Assembly (NCBI GenBank): GCA_965224245.1
Contig: OZ245046.1
Coordinates: forward strand, 1,280,001-1,344,000
DNA length: 64,000 nt
Reading direction: 5' to 3'
Origin: Candidatus Eiseniibacteriota bacterium
GTDB lineage: Bacteria > Eisenbacteria > RBG-16-71-46 > CAZAMP01
Shown here: in pieces, positions 31,215 through 38,554 of the stretch
How the letters are laid out: every line of letters starts with the position of its first letter
Position numbering within the stretch: position 1 is the first letter of the stretch
Notes under the pieces: generated by a model
What the model saw: the letters and a program-made list of their open reading frames with translations, nothing else
What the model was told of the DNA's origin: nothing
The model's database searches: none
Made by a program: the position numbers and the translations under genes

Positions 31215-31282
31215 GGCGCGGGAGTATAGCCGCAGCGCCGAGGGCGTGCCAGGCGCGATGCGGGCGAACCGATGGAGCACCG

Positions 31283-33103
31283 ATGACGACGATGGAGAGG
31301 GGGTCGCGAGGCCTCGACGTGATGCGGCGCGTGGGGGCCGTGCTCTGGGTGTCGATCGCGCTGGCCGCGGCGAGGCTCTTCGTCGCCGGGGATCACCTGC
31401 GCGGCAGTCCGGTCCTGGCGCTCGCGGTGCTCGCGCTCGTGCTGGCCGGCCCGCTCCTCCTCGTGGGGACGATCGTCCGCGCGGTGCTGGCCGCGATCGC
31501 ACCGGCCCTGGCATCGGATCGGGCGGCGCTCGCGCTGAGCGCGGCGGCGTTCGGGACGCTGAGCGCGATCGGGATGTGGCCGCGGCTCGCGCTGGGACTC
31601 GTGTGCGGGCTCGTGGCGGTCGCGACGTCCGGATCCCCCGCCTCGAGCTCCCGCGGGACAGGATCATCGGATGACGCCGGGTCGCGACGGGGCCCGGCGT
31701 GGCCCCCCGGGAGATGGGGTGTGGTCACGGCGGTCGGGCTGGTCGTGCTACTGGGGCTTCCCCGGTGGATCGTGCGCGGAACCGAGAACCGCCACGCGAT
31801 CGATCTCCGACCGCTCGTGGCCACCCGCGAGAGTTCACCCAGCGTGCTCGTGCTGGGGCTCGACGGGGCCGACGGTGCCGTGCTGGACGAGCTGATCGCC
31901 CGGGGCGAGCTGCCGGCGCTGGCGCGCTTCATCGCCGAGGGCACGCGCCGGCCGATGCGCACGCTCGTCCCGACGTCGTCCCCGTTCATCTGGAATGCCC
32001 TGTACTCCGGCTTCAGCCCCGCCGCCCACCGGCTCCGGCCGGTCGCGTTCGCGCCGACCGCGGACGTCCTCGTGAGAGCACGGCCGCGCCGCACCCTGCC
32101 CGACGTCCCATCGGAGCTGCTGCGCCTCCACGGCACGCGCCAGGTCCGACACCCGTTCGCGTTCTGGGATCTCCTGGCCGCCGCCGGCTACGACGTCGGC
32201 GTGATCGGCGCCTGGGAGGACGAGCCGGTGCCCGCTGGGGCGCGCGTGTTCTCGAGCGTGAGCCATCACGTCGTCGCCACGAGCCCGCCCACGCGGGTAC
32301 TGGATCTCGCGCCGAGCCGTCACCTGTCGATCGATCCGGCGCTGGCCGAGCGGGCCGGGAACGCCGGGGTGGCCGCCGCGGTGACCGACATACCGCACGA
32401 GGAGTGGATGTCGCTGCTGGCCGACGACGGTGCCGCCGATGCCGTCGTCGACGCCCCCTACGCCGATGGCGCGACGCCGACCGACCAGCGGCTGGCCCGG
32501 CTCCGCGCGGTGTACGCGTCCGATCGGCTGCGCGTGGGGCTCCTGAAGGAGACGCTGCCGGTGATGACCGAGCCGTACTGTGTGTTCGCGTACATCCGCG
32601 GCATCGACGTCGCGCAGCACTGCTTCCTGCATCAGCGTCTGGGGGAGATCGATCCGCGCGAGCGGGCGTTCGGGGATGTGATCGCGAGCTACTACCGCCG
32701 CGTCGACGCGTGGCTGGGGGAGATCCTGTCCGAGGTGGGGGACGACACGCTGGTGCTGATCGTATCCGATCACGGAATCGATCCGACCGAGCGCCGCGCG
32801 CACCCGTACAAGACCGGCTTTCACGACTTCGCGCCGAACGGCGTCTTCGTCGCGAACGTCCCGTCGCCCGGGGACGCGGTGGACGAGCCGGTGCACGTGC
32901 TCGACGTTGCCCCCACGATCCTGAGTCGCGTGGGGCTGCCGGTCCACGCGGGCATGGAGGGTCGCGTGATTCCGTTCGTCACCGAGCGCACGTACGCGGT
33001 GGACGACTGGTGGTCATTGATGCCGACCGAGTACGAGCGCGGCAATCCGGAGCTGAGCACGCCCGAGATGGAGCGCTTCCTCAAGTCGATCGGCTATCTG
33101 TAG
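31283..33103 (+). CDS. Membrane-anchored alkaline-phosphatase-superfamily (nucleotide pyrophosphatase/phosphodiesterase-like) protein
   Basis: N-terminal TMs, VLVLGLDGAD, PTSSPFIW, DVAQH, IVSDHG, DVAPTIL, C-terminal LKSIGYL. Confidence 0.8.
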   Translation: MTTMERGSRGLDVMRRVGAVLWVSIALAAARLFVAGDHLRGSPVLALAVLALVLAGPLLLVGTIVRAVLAAIAPALASDRAALALSAAAFGTLSAIGMWPRLALGLVCGLVAVATSGSPASSSRGTGSSDDAGSRRGPAWPPGRWGVVTAVGLVVLLGLPRWIVRGTENRHAIDLRPLVATRESSPSVLVLGLDGADGAVLDELIARGELPALARFIAEGTRRPMRTLVPTSSPFIWNALYSGFSPAAHRLRPVAFAPTADVLVRARPRRTLPDVPSELLRLHGTRQVRHPFAFWDLLAAAGYDVGVIGAWEDEPVPAGARVFSSVSHHVVATSPPTRVLDLAPSRHLSIDPALAERAGNAGVAAAVTDIPHEEWMSLLADDGAADAVVDAPYADGATPTDQRLARLRAVYASDRLRVGLLKETLPVMTEPYCVFAYIRGIDVAQHCFLHQRLGEIDPRERAFGDVIASYYRRVDAWLGEILSEVGDDTLVLIVSDHGIDPTERRAHPYKTGFHDFAPNGVFVANVPSPGDAVDEPVHVLDVAPTILSRVGLPVHAGMEGRVIPFVTERTYAVDDWWSLMPTEYERGNPELSTPEMERFLKSIGYL

Positions 33104-33144
33104 GGGGGACGGGCCGGGGCCCGCGCGGGTGACGCGACCCGGCG

Positions 33145-33192
33145 TCAGCCCTCGAAGTCGGCGAGCCTGCGTGGCGAGCTCAGACGGTACAT
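33145..33192 (-). CDS. Possible 15-aa peptide MYRLSSPRRLADFEG
   Basis: GAGGAG SD (33199-33204) 6 nt before ATG; lies downstream of the 28-aa ORF on the same strand. Confidence 0.25.
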   Translation of the reverse strand: MYRLSSPRRLADFEG

Positions 33193-33259
33193 TCCGCTCT
33201 CCTCGATCGCGGCCCGAGCGCACGCGGTGCGGTCGCACGCGGTGCGTTCACACCGGCGG

Positions 33260-33346
33260 TCAGCGACGCAGCCACCACAAGAGGTCGATCGACATCGCCA
33301 GGATGACCACGAGCGCCAGAGCGGGGACAGACGCGAAGACAAACAT
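33260..33346 (-). CDS. Small membrane peptide, 28 aa, MFVFASVPALALVVILAMSIDLLWWLRR
   Basis: AGGAGG SD at 33351-33356; single TM ending WWLRR; preceded by sigma28 and sigma54 promoter matches. Confidence 0.6.
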   Translation of the reverse strand: MFVFASVPALALVVILAMSIDLLWWLRR

Positions 33347-33436
33347 GTTCCCTCCTACGGCAAGGCCCAGAGGTCGCGTCACATCCACCCTCACCCCTCC
33401 TCACTTCGAGACGCGCGAGCGCGCCTCTACGTCCGT

Positions 33437-33465
33437 AAATCGGCTCGATCTCGCGAGTGCTTTAG
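33437..33465 (-). promoter_or_regulatory. Sigma28 (FliA/SigD-type) promoter
   Basis: Minus strand cTAAA-N16-GCCGATTT versus consensus TAAA-N15/16-GCCGATAA/AT. Confidence 0.75.
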
Positions 33466-33485
33466 GACGTGTCGACGGTGTGCAA

Positions 33486-33501
33486 TGCAAGGCACGGGCC
33501 A
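33486..33501 (-). promoter_or_regulatory. Sigma54 -24/-12 promoter
   Basis: Minus strand TGGCCCGTGCCTTGCA (GG-N10-GC). Confidence 0.65.
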
Positions 33502-33538
33502 GCGCCTGCTCGGGCCATTCGCATCCGCCGGCGTTCCA

Positions 33539-33805
33539 AAGGATTACGGTGTGACGAGAAGGACGGTGGGGTCGCGAGCGGCCGCTCGCTCCGGTCGGGA
33601 ACCGTCCATCGCGCCGGTTCATCCCGACCAGGAATGAGCCAGCGACGGGAATCGAACGTGTACCCGGGTACACGTTCGCCCATGAAGACCTCCACGTCCA
33701 CGCTTCCGGTTGAGCCCTGCGCACGGAGTGCGCGGCAAGCGCGATCGAGAAAACGGACCGGGAAGATGGAATGGACGTCCTCGGAAGGACCGTGTCGCGA
33801 CACAT
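33539..33805 (+). ncRNA. Candidate CsrA-sequestering (CsrB/RsmZ-like) structured RNA
   Basis: 12 GGA and 7 ANGGA in about 250 nt, several in hairpin loops; multiple perfect stems; no promoter or terminator identified. Confidence 0.4.
33653..33678. repeat. Perfect 26-bp palindrome CGAACGTGTACCCGGGTACACGTTCG
   Basis: Self reverse-complementary, read directly. Confidence 0.9.
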
Positions 33806-34189
33806 GAGCGCCGCAGTCGTCACCTTACCGTGGCGGATCGTTGCTCATCAGCACCGCTCCGATGAGATCCCCGTCGTCGTCGTGGACCTCTCGGCGCAGG
33901 AGACGCAGCACGTCCGGAAGCTCCTGGCCATCCACCGGCACGTCGCGGGCGGCGCTGCTGGTCCCGGCGTGCAGGCGCGCCGTGCACGAGCAAGTCGATG
34001 ACGTGACCTCGGTCGCAGACGGAGATCGAGCGATTCGCCAGTCGACCGACCGGATGGGTTCCCGTCTATCGTGGTGGTGATCTCGCCGAGCGTCCCCGGC
34101 GCCGTCCGTTGCCGCACGGCCCGCGAGTGGTACGTCGACGGCACGTGCCTCGATCGAGTGAGCGAGTCCGGTGCCGGGACGAGACGCCC

Positions 34190-36679
34190 TCAGGAGAGCT
34201 TGGCCACGATCAGCGTGACGTCGTCCTCGGCGTCCCCGTCGGCGAAGTCGGCCGCGGCGTCGACGATCAGCGTTCGGAGCTCGGACGCCGACCGATCTCG
34301 ATGGGCCTGCACGAGCGCCACCACCCGGTCCTCGCCGAACTCGAGATCGCCGTGGTGCGTCTCGATGAGCCCGTCGGTGTAGAACACGATGACCGTGCCC
34401 GGCTCGGGCTGGAGCGTCTCGTGACGATACGACGCGGCCCGGTCGATTCCGAGGAGCAGCCCGCCGGTGCTCATCTCCAGCACCTCGCCCTCGGGCGGCA
34501 CGACCAGCGGCGGGGGATGCCCCGCGTTCGCGAAGGTGGTGGCCAGCGTGTCGGGATCGATCGTGGCGCAGAAGAGCGAGACGAACTGACCGGGCTCGAT
34601 GCTCTCGCAGAGCCGATCGTTCACGCACGCCAGGAGCTCGCCCGGCGTATCGTGTCGATCGGACTCCGCGCGAAGCGTCGCATCCACCGACGCCATGATC
34701 AGCGCGGCGGGCACGCCGTGCCCGGACACGTCTCCCACCGCGATGCCGAGGCGCCCCCCGGGCAGCTCGGTGTAACGGTAGAAGTCGCCGCCGACCTCGG
34801 TGCACGTCCGCGTTCCGCCGGCGATCTCGATCCGATCCAGCCGGGGATCCCGGTCGGGGAGGAGCTTCTGCTGGATGTCGCGCGCGACCGCGAGCTCCCT
34901 CGCGATGCGCTCCTCGTCCACGCGGCGCGCGTGGGAGATCGCGTTGCGCATGCCGACCTCGGCCTGGCCGGCGATCGACTGCAACAGCTCGAGGTCCTCC
35001 AGTCCGTACGACTCGCCGCCACGCCGGCGTCCGAGCGCCAGGACCGCCAGCATCTCGCGACGTCGACCCAGGGGGACGAGCACGCCGCCGTGGAACACGT
35101 TGAGGATGCGCTCCTCGGCGTCGCCGAGCTCGCCGAAGGGGAGGCTCTCCTCGATGTCGGTGGAACGGAGCGGTCGCGACGCGGTCGTGACGGTGTCGAG
35201 AAGCCGGGCCGGAAGCGGCGGGAGATCCAGATCCTCCAGCGGAAGCCCCGAGGCGTATGCCATCCGGAACTCGCCGCCACGCTGGCTCGCGTCGTCGGGC
35301 CGGAGGAAGATCGCGGCCTCGCGAACGCGGAGCGTGCGCGAGAGCTTGTCCACGACCGAGGACAGGAGCCCCCCGAGGTCGAGGATGCTCGGCAGCTCCC
35401 GGCCGAGCTCGCGCAGCATGCGCCGCTCGTCGTAGCGATCCCGGAACAGCGTCCGGTCGACGAGCCGTTCGATCCGGTGGCGAAGCGGCGTGAACACGGC
35501 GGCCACCGTCACCAGCGACAGGACCATGATCCAGCGGTTGCGCTCGCCGGTGGCGTTCTCGAGCACCCGCCCGAACACGATGTACACCCCCGACGTGATC
35601 AGGAAGAGACACGCGGTCAGGAGCGAGAAGGCCGCGCTCCGCTTCACCACGATCTCGATGTCGAGCACGCGATGGCGCACGATCGCGTACGCGAAGCTCG
35701 CGGGCATCACCAGAAGTCCGACCACGGCGACGTTCACGTACGTCGACCAGGAGTTCGGCCACACCAGGTGCACCGCGGTGCCGAGGAGGAGCGGCGCGAC
35801 GCCGACGAGCGTCCCCACCAGGACCACCGTGTAGCGCCGCCGTTCGGCTCGCGAGCGCACGCCCACGTAGCCGACCACGAAGCTCACGAGTGCCAGCGCG
35901 GCATACACCACCAGCGACAGCCCCGCGAGCACGTTGACCGCCATCGTCGCCAGCACGACGCCGGGCGGATGCCAGAGCCGCGCCGTGAACACGTACGCCA
36001 CCACCGGCAGCGCGATCAGCGCCGGAACGTAGAGCCACCGGAGCACCGGGGGATGCGCGCGCACGACGCCCGAGAGTCGCGGGAACAGCAGGAAGAAGTG
36101 CAGGATCACCGGCGCCAGGAGGAGCGCACCCAGCGACCGGCACAGCGCGAAGACCAGCGGCGCCACCGGTGGCGACTCGGGTGCGATCGGCAGCAGGACG
36201 AGCGAGAACGCGCTGCAGAACGCGAAGAACAGCAGCGTCAGGCGCCCCTCGATGTGGAGCGCCGCGTAGAGTCCGATCAGCAGGAACCCGATGCCGGTCA
36301 CGAGGCGCGCCAGGCGGGAGAGCCGCTCGTGGGCGTGAATCGCGGTGGCGTCCACCGAGATCGGCAGCGGGCCGTCCGGCGTGATCAGATCGAGCCGCGG
36401 CGTGCGCCCGAGAGCGCCGGAGTAGAAGTAGTCGTTCAGGAACGGGACGAGCGCATCGATCGGCTGATCGTTCACCCCGACGATGCGCGCGCCGACCGGG
36501 ATCCCGGCCCGCTCGCCCGGGCCGTCCGCGTCCAGCGAGACGATCCGATCGCCCTGGAGCGTCACCCCGAAGTACGGCTGATCGAAGAGAGCCTCGCCGC
36601 TCGCCGCGTAGAGCACGATGAGGAAGAGCCCCCAGGCGATGGCCAGGCGTTTTCTCCGACCGGCGTGGCGCGCTCTCAT
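34190..36679 (-). CDS. Membrane PP2C/SpoIIE (RsbU-like) phosphatase with PDZ and GAF domains
   Basis: PDZ (DGPGERAGIPVGARIVGVND), multi-TM region, GAF, ARDIQQKLLP, EVGGDFY, GDVSGHG, NAGHPPP, YTDGL, DDVTL; start ATG36679 (ATG36733 possible). Confidence 0.9.
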   Translation of the reverse strand: MRARHAGRRKRLAIAWGLFLIVLYAASGEALFDQPYFGVTLQGDRIVSLDADGPGERAGIPVGARIVGVNDQPIDALVPFLNDYFYSGALGRTPRLDLITPDGPLPISVDATAIHAHERLSRLARLVTGIGFLLIGLYAALHIEGRLTLLFFAFCSAFSLVLLPIAPESPPVAPLVFALCRSLGALLLAPVILHFFLLFPRLSGVVRAHPPVLRWLYVPALIALPVVAYVFTARLWHPPGVVLATMAVNVLAGLSLVVYAALALVSFVVGYVGVRSRAERRRYTVVLVGTLVGVAPLLLGTAVHLVWPNSWSTYVNVAVVGLLVMPASFAYAIVRHRVLDIEIVVKRSAAFSLLTACLFLITSGVYIVFGRVLENATGERNRWIMVLSLVTVAAVFTPLRHRIERLVDRTLFRDRYDERRMLRELGRELPSILDLGGLLSSVVDKLSRTLRVREAAIFLRPDDASQRGGEFRMAYASGLPLEDLDLPPLPARLLDTVTTASRPLRSTDIEESLPFGELGDAEERILNVFHGGVLVPLGRRREMLAVLALGRRRGGESYGLEDLELLQSIAGQAEVGMRNAISHARRVDEERIARELAVARDIQQKLLPDRDPRLDRIEIAGGTRTCTEVGGDFYRYTELPGGRLGIAVGDVSGHGVPAALIMASVDATLRAESDRHDTPGELLACVNDRLCESIEPGQFVSLFCATIDPDTLATTFANAGHPPPLVVPPEGEVLEMSTGGLLLGIDRAASYRHETLQPEPGTVIVFYTDGLIETHHGDLEFGEDRVVALVQAHRDRSASELRTLIVDAAADFADGDAEDDVTLIVAKLS

Positions 36680-36920
36680 GGGTGCGGAGAGTCTCCCGTC
36701 TGGGAAGCGTGTCGCGGTCTCAGGCTCGCGCATCGTACCACGAGCAGCCGTGGGCCCCGGCGGTGGACAGGATCTGGCCACACCGGTCGACAACTGACCT
36801 CCGCGTGGCGATCGGGGCGTGGGCGCGAGCGGCGCCCCAGCACGCTGCGCAGATCGGTCGCCGTTGCCAGGTGCCGGCGGAGCGCCAGGCCGGCGATCCG
36901 GTCACCGGCTGGCGAACGAC

Positions 36921-36936
36921 TGGCACATCGATTGCA
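36921..36936 (+). promoter_or_regulatory. Sigma54 -24/-12 promoter upstream of flgN
   Basis: TGGCACATCGATTGCA, near-perfect consensus, 40 bp before ATG36977. Confidence 0.8.
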
Positions 36937-36976
36937 ATGTGCCGGGAGCTCCGAGACTCCGTCGTGAGGAGGCCGA

Positions 36977-37504
36977 ATGAAGTCGACGTTCCCGAGCATC
37001 GCGAGCGGGACGCGCGGACTCGCCGATCCGATCGGAATGCCCGACGGGCGAGACGCGACACCCCCGCCATCCGAGACGCTGGCCCGGCTGGAGGACCTCC
37101 TGTGGCGGGAGCTGGATCACTATCGCGAGCTCTGCGACGTGCTGGCGCACGAGACCGGGATGCTCGAGGCCGATCGGCCCGAGGCGCTCCCGCCCCTGTT
37201 CGAGGAAGAGACCCGGATTCTCGAGGATGCACGCGATCTTGCGCCCCAGCGGACGCAGGCGCTCACGGAGGTGTCGGCGGCGCTCGGTGCGGCGCGAGCC
37301 CTGACGCTCGTGGAGGTGGCCGAGCGTCTCGAGGGTGACGAGCGGGTTCGACTGGAGAAGCTGCGTACCGCCCTCGCCCACATCGTGGCGAGAGTCGATC
37401 GGATCAACCGGACCAACCTGCTGCTGATCCGCAACCGCATGAGCCTGGTCCCGGCGTCCATGCACGCGATCCTCGAGGAGGCACCGTCTCGAACGGTCGT
37501 GTGA
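36977..37504 (+). CDS. flgN: FlgN-family export chaperone-like protein
   Basis: GAGGAGG SD; helical pattern LEDLL..ELDHYRELCDVL..E, R......N..N..LI typical of FlgN; context. Confidence 0.7.
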   Translation: MKSTFPSIASGTRGLADPIGMPDGRDATPPPSETLARLEDLLWRELDHYRELCDVLAHETGMLEADRPEALPPLFEEETRILEDARDLAPQRTQALTEVSAALGAARALTLVEVAERLEGDERVRLEKLRTALAHIVARVDRINRTNLLLIRNRMSLVPASMHAILEEAPSRTVV

Positions 37505-37640
37505 GCCGGGGATCCGCCGTGAGCCGGGATGGCCGGATGCCGGTGCGCCCGCGTCGCCAGCCGCACCGACGCAGGGAGTGCTCCAGATGTCGGCCCGGAT
37601 GTCCGAGCTGTATCACAGGGCGGTGCCGATAGTCCGTCGC

Positions 37641-37657
37641 TCGGCCAGGATGGCCGA
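37641..37657 (+). promoter_or_regulatory. CsrA-type binding hairpin in fliW leader
   Basis: TCGGCCA-GGA-TGGCCGA, presenting CAGGATG at the apex, 22 nt before ATG. Confidence 0.6.
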
Positions 37658-37679
37658 TTGGTCCGGGAGGCCAAGGGAC

Positions 37680-38126
37680 ATGGAGATCCAGACGCGGTTG
37701 TTCGGAACGATCGAGGTCGGGAACGAACGCCTCATCACGTTTCCAGGAGGCCTCGTCGGCTTCGAGGCGTGCACGCGCTTCGTGCTCGTCGAGTCCGAGG
37801 AGCTCGAGCCCCTCAGATGGCTGCAGTCGGTGGACGTGCCTCACCTGGCGTTTCCGATGGCCGACCCCGGCTACTTCATCGACGACTACGAGGTGCGGAT
37901 CACCGGCGACGACGAGGACATCCTCGACGTCGACGAGGAGTGCGACGAGATCGTGACGCTGGTGATCGTGACCCTGCCCGACCGGACGCACCCGGTCCGC
38001 GGCAACCTTCGTGCACCGATCGTGATCAATCTGAGCAATCGCATCGGTCGGCAGGTCGTGCTCAGCGACGAGACCTACGGCTACTGCCAGTCGAGCCTGG
38101 CGGAAGCGGCGCGCGTCGAGAAGTAG
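37680..38126 (+). CDS. fliW: Flagellar assembly factor / CsrA antagonist FliW
   Basis: MEIQTRLFGTIEV..ITFPGGLVGFE, WLQS, LAF..DP, NLRAPIVIN, GRQVVL. Confidence 0.93.
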   Translation: MEIQTRLFGTIEVGNERLITFPGGLVGFEACTRFVLVESEELEPLRWLQSVDVPHLAFPMADPGYFIDDYEVRITGDDEDILDVDEECDEIVTLVIVTLPDRTHPVRGNLRAPIVINLSNRIGRQVVLSDETYGYCQSSLAEAARVEK

Positions 38127-38135
38127 GGGGAGAGC

Positions 38136-38387
38136 GTGCTGGTTCTGACGAGAAAGCCCGGCGAGAACATCCGGATCGGGTCCGACGTCGTGATCACCGT
38201 GCTCGGAGTGCGGTCCGGTCACGTGAAGATCGGGATACAGGCGCCTCGCGGCATCCCGGTTCATCGGGAAGAGGTATACGAGAAGATCGCCGAGACCAAT
38301 CGCGATGCGACGCGCCAGACGACCGACGATGCCGGAGAGGCCGCCCGGCGCGTTCGCTCGAAGCTGGAGCTCCCGCCCGAGGACTAG
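38136..38387 (+). CDS. csrA: Carbon storage regulator CsrA (FliW-binding type with C-terminal extension)
   Basis: MLVLTRKPGE.I.IG, VKIGIQAP, VHREEVY; R44 and N55 present. Confidence 0.97.
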   Translation: MLVLTRKPGENIRIGSDVVITVLGVRSGHVKIGIQAPRGIPVHREEVYEKIAETNRDATRQTTDDAGEAARRVRSKLELPPED

Positions 38388-38464
38388 ACCGTGTGCGACC
38401 CGTCGGCGCTCCCGATTCGACGGGGTGAGCTCGAACGGTCCACCGCCTTCTGGCAGAGATGGGG

Positions 38465-38493
38465 CTAAAGACCGGGCCACGTGCTGACGAAGA
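38465..38493 (+). promoter_or_regulatory. Putative sigma28 promoter of flagellin-like gene
   Basis: cTAAA-N16-GACGAAGA; same CTAAAG -35 and spacing as the 33437-33465 promoter; -10 is 5/8. Confidence 0.55.
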
Positions 38494-38554
38494 GTGCGGT
38501 GTGGCCCGACCGGTGGCCGCTTTGAACCACCACCCTCGGCACGGAGGAGCGCAC

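Noticed and set aside
31215-31667. N-terminal extensions in the ORF track for leuS (and murE, murF, murD, murG, murC, trpA, birA, fliW)
   Set aside because: They overlap neighbouring genes or lack homology; internal starts with SD or stop-start coupling fit the family N-termini
33653-33678. CGAAC/GTTCG ends of the palindrome as a Gram-positive LexA box
   Set aside because: Spacer is 16 bp rather than 4
33104-34189. Known housekeeping RNAs (tmRNA, RNase P, SRP, tRNA) or c-di-GMP riboswitch in the long intergenic region
   Set aside because: None of their signature sequences were recognised by eye; an Rfam scan is still needed
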